Assembly (NCBI GenBank): GCA_044892525.1
Contig: CM097887.1
Coordinates: 56,296,001 to 56,360,000, forward strand
DNA length: 64,000 nucleotides
Direction of reading: 5' to 3'
Origin: Schmidtea polychroa
Taxonomy: Eukaryota
Shown here in pieces: positions 39,282-49,479 of the stretch. The stretch's first letter is position 1. Every line of letters begins with the position of its first letter. Position numbers and translations under genes: made by a program. The notes beneath the pieces were generated by a model. It was not told where the DNA came from. It saw only the letters and a list, made by a program, of their open reading frames with translations, and did not search any database.

Positions 39282-40445
39282 TGTTGGATGATGAAGGTAG
39301 GCACATCACCACATTCAATCTCAACAAGTATTATAGGACTGGGCCCAGAAAATATAGAGTCAATGTGTGCGCTGAAGAGCGTAGGTAAATCAAATAGCTC
39401 AGCAGTCCAATTTCCCAACAATCCAATGCCTCAAACAATAGTAACAACCAACAATTCAATTCCTCAATTCAATTCCTCAAATGATAACAATAACTTTTGT
39501 GTGATAAATCGTATCAAACTTTATTAACATTGATCTGTGTTTTAACTATATTCATTTTTATTCGTGTATAAATTTTTAGTGTATTTTACTTTATTGACAT
39601 TATCAACACTCTGTGCTTTTAACTTTATTTATTTTTATTCATATTTGTATGTAAAATTTTGATTATATTTGATTGTAAATTTTATTGGTAAACACAAAAA
39701 ATAAATATATATATAANNNNNNNNNNNNNNNNNNNNNNNNNNNNNNNNNNNNNNNNNNNNNNNNNNNNNNNNNNNNNNNNNNNNNNNNNNNNNNNNNNNN
39801 NNNNNNNNNNNNNNNNNNNNNNNNNNNNNNNNNNNNNNNNNNNNNNNNNNNNNNNNNNNNNNNNNNNNNNNNNNNNNNNNNNNNNNNNNNNNNNNNNNNN
39901 NNNNNNNNNNNNNNNNNNNNNNNNNNNNNNNNNNNNNNNNNNNNNNNNNNTGGTAATAGTGGTGATAATAGTAATGGTAATAATAATGATAATTTAAGAA
40001 AGTATTAATTAATTAATATAAGTAATTAAAAATATTTGAAATTTAATATCAGTCTGACGAGACTGAAAGAATCTAAAAGAATCTAAAAATGAAATTTAAT
40101 TCAATATCAGTCTGACGAGACTGAATTAAATAACGTATGAAATTTAAAATAATTAATTTATGCAAAAATAATCTACTATTTTAGCGAAAAACTCTTATTC
40201 AAAGGTTAATCCTTAAAATAGCTCAATACCCGAATCAGAACAAAAAGATTCACATCTTGACTAAACATACTAAGGTACAGCACGCACTACACAACATATA
40301 ACAATACACATATATTTTTACAAGCATTTCAGAAGAAGAATTTGAGAAATAATTGTCAAAGCATTGCAAACTTTTATAGAATTGAAATTGCTTATATTTG
40401 GTAATTTTTGATTATAATAAATCTTTATACACATATTTGTTTTTG
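39282..40445 (+). repeat. 5' LTR (main part) of the large Gypsy element
   Basis: Nearly identical to 56228-57385: about 7 substitutions and a 37-bp deletion in the sequenced parts. The last 25 nt of the LTR reappear at 44449-44473 after the insertion and a gap. Confidence 0.85.
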
Positions 40446-40567
40446 CTGGGATATTGCCCGGTTGAATCCAACTATTTCGCTTTAGTCTAAGGGATGGGTG
40501 TCCATCCAGTTACGATAGAGATGACCGTGTCAACCCAGAGCAAAACCCCGCACAACCTACACTCCAA

Positions 40568-40705
40568 CATAGCACCCGTGAACCACTTCACGTTGGTAAT
40601 GTGCTATGCCGGCGAGACGCCAGTAAGCAGGTGAGCCCCTGCCTTAGGACTACTCCTTACTGAGGCCCCGACTTCCTTTCCCTGACGGCCGATGGAAGGA
40701 CTTAC
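40568..40705 (-). ncRNA. Conserved three-hairpin structured RNA, copy 2
   Basis: H1 CCTTCC/GGAAAGG. H2 CAGTAAG-GAGTAGTCCTAAGGCAGGGGCTC-ACCTG-CTTACTG. H3 CATAGCAC-ATTACCAA-CGTGAA/TTCACG-G-GTGCTATG. Confidence 0.75.
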
Positions 40706-40999
40706 GTCTGACCACATCCTCAAACCTCGGATTTCCTTGAATGGGATACAAATCGATCATTGCTTGTTGGACTTTGAAAACGTAACCCTATTCATAGAGT
40801 CTACACCGAGCTAATTGTCAGAATTACAATTAATAAAAGAAACAAGATTTTTAGTCAAAATGGATTTATTTTCACATCAATACAATACACAGAAAACTAT
40901 ATGCAGTATATACAATTTAATAGAAAACGGAGCACGAGATAGGTGGAGATATTCAGTTAGATAATTTTTATACAACAAGATTTTCCTACGGTGGGATTT

Positions 41000-41749
41000 T
41001 CATTTCTCCCATTCCGTGTCAGCTAGAAGTTCATCTAAATCGAAGAACTCGGAGGCGTTTTCCTCCCACGTTACACCGGCGGCGGAGATAATGCGCCCTG
41101 GGATCCCTACGGTTAGATCGACCACGGTGGGATTGCCGTTACGGTTGACTGGGGTGACGGTTGAGGGTGTGCTTTGTTTGACGACTGCCCGTTCTCGTTG
41201 TTTCCGTTTTCTTTCAGCCCGAGATAATTGTCGACGCTTGGGCTTAGAGGAGCTGTTAGTAGTAAGAGGCAGAGTAGAGGTGGAAGCGATGGATGGAATT
41301 GCTCTACTAGTGCCGGTAAAGATCAAGTCGGCTGGCTTGGGCGAGAGCTGAGTCTCTACACACCCTCGGCAAGACTTTTTAGGTGGAGGCGACGACTTTG
41401 AAGACGTGTCGTGGTGAGTTGGGAAGAGCTGGTCGGCTTCATTTATAGGGATCTTCACTATCTTCTTAGTGGTTGCTGCCTGTAAGTAAACTTTGTGCAG
41501 CGCCTCGGACTGCTCCTTTATCAGGCTTCTTTGGGCACGGCTTTCGGAGATCAAAGCGTCCCGACAATGTTCACTACGATAGAGCTTCTTCTGGGTCTCC
41601 TTCATCTGAGCGGGACTGAACCATGTCCCCTCTAGCTCGTCTATTTTCCTTTTGTATTTCCCAATTTGGGTCTGTAGGTCTTTGATTATTGCATTCTTGC
41701 CTGAACAAGAAAAGCAGGGTCTGAGAACGGTTTTTGAATTGGGTAACAT
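41000..41749 (-). CDS. Family X ORF A (249 aa)
   Basis: Intact homolog of 3135-3896. Both proteins end in a similar acidic-hydrophobic motif (FFDLDELLAD vs FPVDIDAMIAE). Confidence 0.75.
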   Translation of the reverse strand: MLPNSKTVLRPCFSCSGKNAIIKDLQTQIGKYKRKIDELEGTWFSPAQMKETQKKLYRSEHCRDALISESRAQRSLIKEQSEALHKVYLQAATTKKIVKIPINEADQLFPTHHDTSSKSSPPPKKSCRGCVETQLSPKPADLIFTGTSRAIPSIASTSTLPLTTNSSSKPKRRQLSRAERKRKQRERAVVKQSTPSTVTPVNRNGNPTVVDLTVGIPGRIISAAGVTWEENASEFFDLDELLADTEWEK

Positions 41750-42394
41750 ATCTGATGGCTATGAAGAAAAGATAGAACTAAATAAGATAAACCGAATTTA
41801 GGAAGTCCCCATCCCGATACAATTCATTATTAACTGTGTTCGATATTTCTACAGGAAGGACGGGGTTAGTTAGTAAGAGGAATTTCCCTACGCCATCGAT
41901 CTTTGTTCCCCCTGGGGTATTTATTTACAAGAAAACCAACCGGCAACATAAGACTTCGCCTAACGAAGGTAATGTATTATTATTAAAAATGACTATCACT
42001 TGTTTATGAGAAATTATTGGTAACAGAATTGTTCGTAAAAAGGATATATAGTATTGAAGAGCCCAAGTTAAAATATATGATTTATAAAAGGAAATTATTT
42101 ATTACTAAAATTTAGTAGATAAAATAGGTAAATCCATTTCAATTAATTATTAACTATAAATATTAAAATTTTTTGAACTTCCAATAATGCGGACTTGAAA
42201 CATTCAATCACCTACTGTCGATTACCTATGGCTAGTGTTGAATCTATTAATGACTAATGAGTTTATCTAGTAGTCGACAAACTAGGACACACCAGGCAAA
42301 CTGTCTCACGGAATTCGGTTGCGGTGAAATTACATACTGCTATCGATAAACTAGAAAACTCTAATGGATGTGACGTGTAGAAAGTTATTTTCGC

Positions 42395-42586
42395 ATGATT
42401 GCGCTTAATCATACTCGCACTACCGCTGCTGGGCATCCACATGTGGATCTTGTTACTATCACTTGCAATATGGGCGTTTGTGGGTATGTGCATGTGCTCA
42501 CATTCCATGGAAATGAAATCCGATTAGCATATTGGGCGGATTTTCAGATGCTACATCACACGGTGTTGGGTTGTCATCTCTCATGA
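42395..42586 (+). CDS. Family X small ORF B (63 aa)
   Basis: Homologous to 4588-4739 (GVxxYVxV...GxxIR). Confidence 0.45.
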   Translation: MIALNHTRTTAAGHPHVDLVTITCNMGVCGYVHVLTFHGNEIRLAYWADFQMLHHTVLGCHLS

Positions 42587-44475
42587 AAATTTGAAATAGA
42601 AAATTCTATCACATCCCTATGGTTGGATATAATTTGCTTCGTAAATGAACTGTTCAACTATTTCAAGACATATTTACCGATCTCAACTCGTGGATATCGA
42701 CCATCTCGGAATTTATGTAATTATGAATTTGCATGCACTGTCTCCTATTCAGGTATATCGAAATTCGTTTCTTTTTATATCATCAAATAAAAGGTATTTG
42801 TGTATTTTGTCTTGTTTTTTCGACGATATATTTCTGACAGCATTGTGTTCTATTGCATAGCTATTCTGCTGCCGAAATAAGGGTGCTAAACTAAATTCAT
42901 TAAGAAAATTGAGCGTAAGTGGTAATTTCGAGATGAGGAATGATCTACAGATAGATGATAATTACTCTACTAACGAAAATAACAGATCTAGACCTATGAT
43001 TGACTAAATTTTCATTTACGAGAAATCATAATTTGAAGAATTATTATGGATATGAAGACTTTAGATCCACTCAGTCACTGTGAATCACTGCTACTACCTT
43101 TGCTATAAATTAGATTTATTTCGCTCCTTCTTCCTAATTATTCTACATGCATTTTGAGTGACCTTCAGCGATTGGACCCGTGGAGAAGCCTTCACATTTC
43201 GGCCCAATCTAGCTGCGTGATTGAAGAACCTCATGTCCACCGGCTGAGCTCCCGAAGGCACCTCACACCATGACATGAAGTTCCTCAACTCCACGTTACT
43301 CGCATCGAATTTTAATATATATTATATTAACTCATAAAATTCTGAACTCATAAAATAAATCATAAAAATTACTGAAAGTTAGAATCATTTATTGTAAAGG
43401 TTTTCTAAAAATAAAATCATTCATCGATCTACATTACATTCATGCCTTCACTCATTTTAAAAAACTTTAAAGGAATCAGATGAAGAGAGTTAAACTAAAA
43501 CTTTAACTATGAATGTTTACCATTACTTTTAACTTTTAACTTTTCAAAAACTAAGTGGCAAAACAAATAAAAGCTCCTTACTATCGTGGCTGAATGTTGG
43601 GCTAAATCGAAATTTGATCTCCTTGAAATAGGTTGGCTTGAGTTCAGATGTTCCTTGAATGATTAGTACTACTGCTGCTGTATGAAATTCGGTTAGTTGT
43701 GATTGTTGTCGTTCTAGTTGTACCTGTGAAGTGCTTGGAATTAACGGTAAGTTTATGATTTTTGTGCTTGTTTATATATAATTTTTTTGATGTGTGCGGA
43801 CCAATCAAAATTGAGTACCGCTTGTTTCTGTTAATTTAATTTAGTTTTCTTGTTTTTTGCTTATTTTCTCTTATTTTCTTTTGTTTTTTCTTATATATTT
43901 TATTTATTTCTTTAATTTCCTTATTATTCATTAAATTTTCCTTACTTTATTCATTGTTCTATCGTCCTATTTTAATTTTTCTTATTTTTATTTTTTGTTT
44001 TAATTCTTGTTTTCTAATTCTTGTTTCTTTTATATTTTTTCCTATTTTATTCTTAATTTATTTATTTTATTTTTCTTTCCTTAACCTCTTGCTCATCTTA
44101 GTTTCCTAATATTTAACATTTTCATTTTTCGANNNNNNNNNNNNNNNNNNNNNNNNNNNNNNNNNNNNNNNNNNNNNNNNNNNNNNNNNNNNNNNNNNNN
44201 NNNNNNNNNNNNNNNNNNNNNNNNNNNNNNNNNNNNNNNNNNNNNNNNNNNNNNNNNNNNNNNNNNNNNNNNNNNNNNNNNNNNNNNNNNNNNNNNNNNN
44301 NNNNNNNNNNNNNNNNNNNNNNNNNNNNNNNNNNNNNNNNNNNNNNNNNNNNNNNNNNNNNNNNNNNNNNNNNNNNNNNNNNNNNNNNNNNNNNNNNNNN
44401 NNNNNNNNNNNNNNNNNNNNNNNNNNNNNNNNNNNNNNNNNNNNNNNNGTTCCCGAATATCGAGACCTCGACATT

Positions 44476-44493
44476 TGGTGCCGCGAACCGGGA
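44476..44493 (+). promoter_or_regulatory. Primer-binding site TGGTGCCGCGAACCGGGA
   Basis: Two nt after the LTR end (...CTCGACA). Complementary to a tRNA ending GGCACCA; from memory it is closest to metazoan tRNA-Phe, with tRNA-His as the alternative. Confidence 0.8.
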
Positions 44494-44715
44494 CTTTAAA
44501 ATCAATTATTGTTATTCACAATTTGGGGGATAGGAATTGAGATCAGAGGGTTATAGTATTTTATATTGGGAAAATATATTTATAATAATAAAATCATCAT
44601 TGATCAATTTTAAATAAATAAATTCAGTTTTTTTTATTTATCAAGCAACTCAAAAGATAAAATAGATAATCAACCCGAAATAATTTATAATTTAAGGAAT
44701 AGAATAGTCTATAGG

Positions 44716-46272
44716 ATGAACAATAATAATAACTTTATTAAAATTTTACCAGTAGAATCATATAGAGGAGAGCCCGAAAAGTTCGACGATTTTTTCACTG
44801 AGATCGCTCAGTATGCAGAAGCTTGTGGTTGGACACCTGATGAGTTAAAAATGAGAATCCCATTATATTTAAAAGGATATGCATTACAAGCATATAACAA
44901 TTTAGAGTGTAAAGGAAATAATTTTGATCAACTCGTAAGATATCTGAGAGCAGAAATAGTAATCGATAGTGATTTACAAAAGATAAATGTTCAAAAGTTT
45001 AGAAACAGATATCAAGGTACTAGAGAATCAGTTGGTGAATATGTATATACGATTACGGAGTTAGCGAAGAAGGCATTTGGTGCAGGCGAGCACACAGCAA
45101 AATTAATTGAGGATCAATTTTGGAACGGAATACAAAAATATTTATATAAAGCATTAATTATGGTAGAATATGGTAATTTAAATGAATTAGTTCATAAAGC
45201 TAAGCGTATAGAAGCAATACAACGAGATAGGTTTAGTTCGCATGTAGATGCAATGGAAATCCAAAAGCCCATAGAGGTAAAATCTGAGTTGGGTAAGTCA
45301 GATGACAACATCCCCTGGGAGGAGATGAAGCAACTATATTTGAACTTTGTAAAAAATAGACGAAGGGTAAGCCCGAGTCCGGATAGAAGTCAATCACCTG
45401 AAAACAGGAGGAGATTTGATAATGTGAGAAACAGAAATTTCGAGAGTAGAAACAATAGAAACACTTTGGATAGAGATAATCGATATGAATATAATAGAAA
45501 TAATTATACGAGAGATAATCGAGTCGAATTTAGTAGAAATAATTTGAGAAATAATAAATATGATAGAAGTAATAGATATGATAAGAGAGATAATACAAAT
45601 GATTTGAGACGTAGACAGACAAGTCCATATAGACAGAATTCATATAGAGAAAGGCGAGGAAGCCCTTATAACAATGATGGCAGAGATAAAGTAAATTTTA
45701 ATGGACAGATTAAATGTTATAATTGCCAAAAATATGGTCACTTAGCTAAAGTATGTAATAATGCGCGAAGCGAATCGCCTAATAAAGTGAGATTTCAAAA
45801 TGAGCCTGAGATAAAACAGATTAATAGTGCTAAGTTGATATCAGCTAATGATGAAATAAACAGTTTGAGAGAAGAATTAAAAGAATTTAAAACTCAATAT
45901 GGGAGACTTATTGAGAGAAAGTTAGAAATGTCATTAAATGAGTTTCAGTGTTTTACCAATGATGTAGATATAGATAATGATGAGTTTCGTGAAGCAAGAG
46001 AAGCGGATGAAAAATTTCTTGCAGAAGCAAATAGATGTAAAGAATTAAAAGAGGAATTGAAAGAGACATTAGAAAAATGGCCTTATGATGATAATGAGAC
46101 ATTACGTATAATAAATAGAGTTCAAGTCGAAGGAATTGACTTAGAATATTTGAGAAATTTGATACCAATAATGGTAAAGAGGCAAAATATGACTAGAGTA
46201 TTTGAATTAGAAATAGAATTGAAAGAAATGATAAAATGTTATGGTGAGTTTGTGAGAAAAAATCAGATTTGA
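44716..46272 (+). CDS. gag: Gag: capsid-like N-terminus, R/N-rich linker, CCHC zinc knuckle, extra helical C-terminus
   Basis: Retrotransposon gag pattern (YRGEP...GW...YLKGYA...RYQGTRESVGEY...FWNGI) and CYNCQKYGHLAKVC at 45715-45756. Confidence 0.9.
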   Translation: MNNNNNFIKILPVESYRGEPEKFDDFFTEIAQYAEACGWTPDELKMRIPLYLKGYALQAYNNLECKGNNFDQLVRYLRAEIVIDSDLQKINVQKFRNRYQGTRESVGEYVYTITELAKKAFGAGEHTAKLIEDQFWNGIQKYLYKALIMVEYGNLNELVHKAKRIEAIQRDRFSSHVDAMEIQKPIEVKSELGKSDDNIPWEEMKQLYLNFVKNRRRVSPSPDRSQSPENRRRFDNVRNRNFESRNNRNTLDRDNRYEYNRNNYTRDNRVEFSRNNLRNNKYDRSNRYDKRDNTNDLRRRQTSPYRQNSYRERRGSPYNNDGRDKVNFNGQIKCYNCQKYGHLAKVCNNARSESPNKVRFQNEPEIKQINSAKLISANDEINSLREELKEFKTQYGRLIERKLEMSLNEFQCFTNDVDIDNDEFREAREADEKFLAEANRCKELKEELKETLEKWPYDDNETLRIINRVQVEGIDLEYLRNLIPIMVKRQNMTRVFELEIELKEMIKCYGEFVRKNQI

Positions 46273-46512
46273 ATATAACTATTGAGGCAAAGGACCTTTT
46301 GAGAACACTTATGCGTAGTACAGGGGTACATGTGTGCACAAAAGTGAATAAAGTGAAACAGATGGCCAGAGGTAATTGGCCCGAAATATTGGGAGATAAC
46401 GATAAAGTGAAACTGTATTTCAACGGGGTAGAAATGATGAATAACGAATATATAATCGACTATGGGGTAAACGTTATCGATAACAATGTTATTTCTGCCG
46501 TAATAGAAAGGC
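46263..46512 (+). CDS. Ubiquitin-like domain
   Basis: TKVNKVKQMA...DKVKLYFNGVEMMNNEYIIDYGV...VISAVIE aligns by eye to ubiquitin TIENVKAKI...[23 protein letters not shown]...TLHLVLR. Confidence 0.6.
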
Positions 46513-46721
46513 AAGAAAGTAAGGAAATTGATACACCAACCCCATCAGTAGAATTGAGTATAAACGACGAAAATGACTATGACAAACTATTTAGATTGTG
46601 GGATGCTTCTTCAGGAGGGGCAACGAAGTCACCAACAGCTAGCGATGAAATCTTTAAACCTATTGACACAAAATAGGATAATTTACATGAGACAATAGAA
46701 AAAATTGCGACACAAGCAAAT

Positions 46722-47369
46722 ATGCAGGATGCAGAGACGATGAAACGAGGTAGAGGAAGGCCTCGAAAATCTGAAATAGCCGAAAAGTCAGATGACAGAA
46801 AGGCAGCAGAGCGTTTAAGAGATATTGCAAATAATATGAGACAAGAAGTTCCAAAAAATCAGGATAATGACAAAGATATACAAATGATAACGGAGTTAGT
46901 TAAAGCAATGAATGTGAGACGGTTTCCGGAAGCAAAACCATCAGCGTTAATAGAAAATATAGTTAAAAAGATTAAATTAATGGAAAAAGAGATTAGAGAA
47001 TCGAGTGCAGAGGAAGCGAATGAAGAGACAGTGTTAAAGATATTATTTACAACAGGAGTCAATCGGGATAAAGTGATTACGGCGATGGCATATTTAATAG
47101 CAAGATACAAAAAACTTTTGCGAATGAATCCAAAGAATCAAATAGAAAATATTGCTAAAATGATATATCATAAACTAAAGGTAGATGCTATGCCATGGAT
47201 AAAATTAAAGGGAGGATGGAAAATACTGTATGATGAGAGCCTAATTGAAAGTGCTAAGGAAAGCGTAGAAGATAATATTAATGTAGAAATAGATGATACG
47301 GAGGAGACAGTAAAAAACCTAGTAAATAAAACAACTATGAGACCAAGTCAAAAAGAAAGAAAGTCGACA
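46722..47369 (+). CDS. AT-hook plus Bcl-2-like domain
   Basis: AT-hook KRGRGRPRK; BH3-like RLRDIANNM; BH1-like ILFTTGVNRDKVIT; BH2 PWIKLKGGWK, in the correct order and spacing. Confidence 0.7.
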
Positions 47370-49230
47370 ATGTCAATAGTAATTATAGTAATAACGTTAT
47401 TGTTAGATCTGATAAAAGCAAATAATGCAATCATAGCGTATGACTGTTAGAATCCTAAGTGGGGACAGAAATATTCATTATTAGATGTAGAAAATTGCCC
47501 AGAGGCTAATCCAACAAAATTAATTGTTGCAGATCCAAAGATTTTTCACATATATCAAGAGTCTGACTTCATTCACACTGAAGCAGGAGAATGTATCGTT
47601 AAATATTCAGAGGAAAGTTTTGTGTGCAATAAAATAGCAAGAACAATATAAACTCCAACATGGGCACCAGAAGCGATAATAATAGCACCAATCGAATGTG
47701 AAAATGCATTTAAAACAAAAAAGATAAAAACGCCGGATGGATTTGAGTTAAATGCTCAGGTAGGAGCACGAGTAAGGCAATTAGTAAATGTCGTTGGATG
47801 GTCATCAACAGGAGGATATTGTGAAGGAGGAACGTATAAAATATGGGGGCATGTGGCAGACAATATTGTAGTGAGACGACAATATTATATTGAATTAAGG
47901 AAATTCAAGGCGTCATTTGATAGTTCATCAAAGAAAATGATGACACATAAGTTCTGCACATTAGATGAGACAAGCTGTGATACAGGCGAGTCAATGATCA
48001 TATACAAAGTAAACAAATACGAATGCCATCTAACTAAACTAAAGACACTGAAATTCAGAACGATACGAGGTAAACAGTTCACGGATGTAGAATCCAAGAA
48101 CATTAAAGACCAAAAACGACGTGCAACGATAATTCAAGAGAGATACACCAACGATATACATGTCAGATTCTGAAACTGAAGCGATGAGATTTGTGGGAAA
48201 AGGTGAAAGTATTAAATGTGGAAAAGCAGTCATACAAACAAATTATGAAGGAATTTATATCAGTGGAAGTAAAATTAAAGAGGCAAAATCGAAAATAGAC
48301 AAATTCGATGACAAGCTAGCGTCATATTTTAATAATAAAATCGACTATTTTTATCATCATCAGTTAGTACAATTGGACAAAGTATACCAAGCAACTATTG
48401 CGAACGATTGTAAACTCAATAGAGAAATATTAAGAACAAAGATGGCGGTTGCAGTCACAAACCCAGATTTAATGGCACCAATTTTATTTGCAGAGAAAGG
48501 GACATTTGCAAGAGTTGTCGCTGAAGTGATACAAACATTTCAGTGTAAAGCGGTTAGTGTATCTTTAGCAACGAATAATAAATGTACAAACGAAAAACCA
48601 GTAGTGTATAAAGGAGAAACTGTATATCTCCAACCAATAACAAGGATATTAACAGATAAAGACTATGTTCCGAGAAAAATTGATAAATGTACAAATCTAT
48701 TAGATCCGTTATACAAAATAAATGATGATATGTGGATTACAATGTCAGATAGAAAGGAAGGGACTAAACCACAAAAACTAGAATTAACTGAACTTGAGAA
48801 AAAGTTAGAATTTCAGGAAGTCAACGAAATGGATAACAATGGGATGTATACGAGAGAGGCGATAGAGAGCGCCAGAAAACATATGTTATTTCCTCATGAA
48901 AAAGAAAAAGTTCTTTCTATTATGGTAAACAAAATTATCGAGAATAGTTATGGAGGGAATTCCAACTTTGATGTATTATTATCAAAAGAGCACTTCAAGA
49001 AAGTTGTGTATAGAGTATTATACAGCATATGGGGATATTTTGCGATTCTCGGAAATACGTTTGCCACTATATTGGGTATATATTATACAGTAGCACTATT
49101 GAAAATGATTTGTTCATCATTAGTTTTGTTAAGACAACTGAGACAAGTTTTTGGTAATTCATATAAAATGATGGCATGTTTATGTCCATTCATAGCCAAA
49201 TATTTGATCACTGCGAAGCACGACAAAGAA
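47370..49230 (+). pseudogene. env: Envelope glycoprotein, class III (herpes gB / chuvirus G-like); two in-frame stops and one frameshift
   Basis: Signal peptide MSIVIIVITLLLDLIKANNA followed by IIAYDC, then GGYCEGGTY, DCKLNREIL, FQCKAV...CTNEKPVVYKGETVYLQPITRIL...C and a C-terminal TM hairpin. Stops at 47448 and 47649; frameshift at about 48140. Confidence 0.75.
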
Positions 49231-49479
49231 ATCAAACGGATGAAAAGTCGAAGGGAAGAGGGTGAAATAATGATCACCAATGAGAAAGATGACGAGGCAA
49301 ACAAATCAGAAAATATTGAGCAACCACATATTGGGTTATATGATAATCAAAGAGAACAATTGACAGAATTGAGAAATAATATTGAAATTAGAATCCCAAG
49401 TGAAAATGGTAATTGTCATTGTGTTCCAAGGAAAACTTATGGATGTTACGGGTTAGAACTTGACGATATATTAGAAGGG

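Larger units (their letters stand above)
40446..44132 (-). mobile_element. Family X copy 2, nested in the 5' LTR of the large Gypsy
   Basis: Minus-strand order: A-rich tract, TGATTGG (43801), TATATA, unit end GATTTAGCCCAACA (43595), ORF A, hairpin module. The LTR interruption fixes the 3' boundary at about 40446; the 5' end is in the gap. Confidence 0.65.

Noticed and set aside
39282-40445. Segmental duplication or assembly artefact of 56228-57385
   Set aside because: It starts at a TGTTG terminus matching the post-PPT position, has its own substitutions and deletion, and its missing end reappears at 44449-44473 before the PBS. It is the 5' LTR.
46674-47651. Stop-codon reassignment (TAG/TAA read as Gln) explaining the in-frame stops
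   Set aside because: Host genes here end in ordinary TGA or TAG, and the 1598-aa pol frame has no internal TAA/TAG. Point mutations are sufficient.
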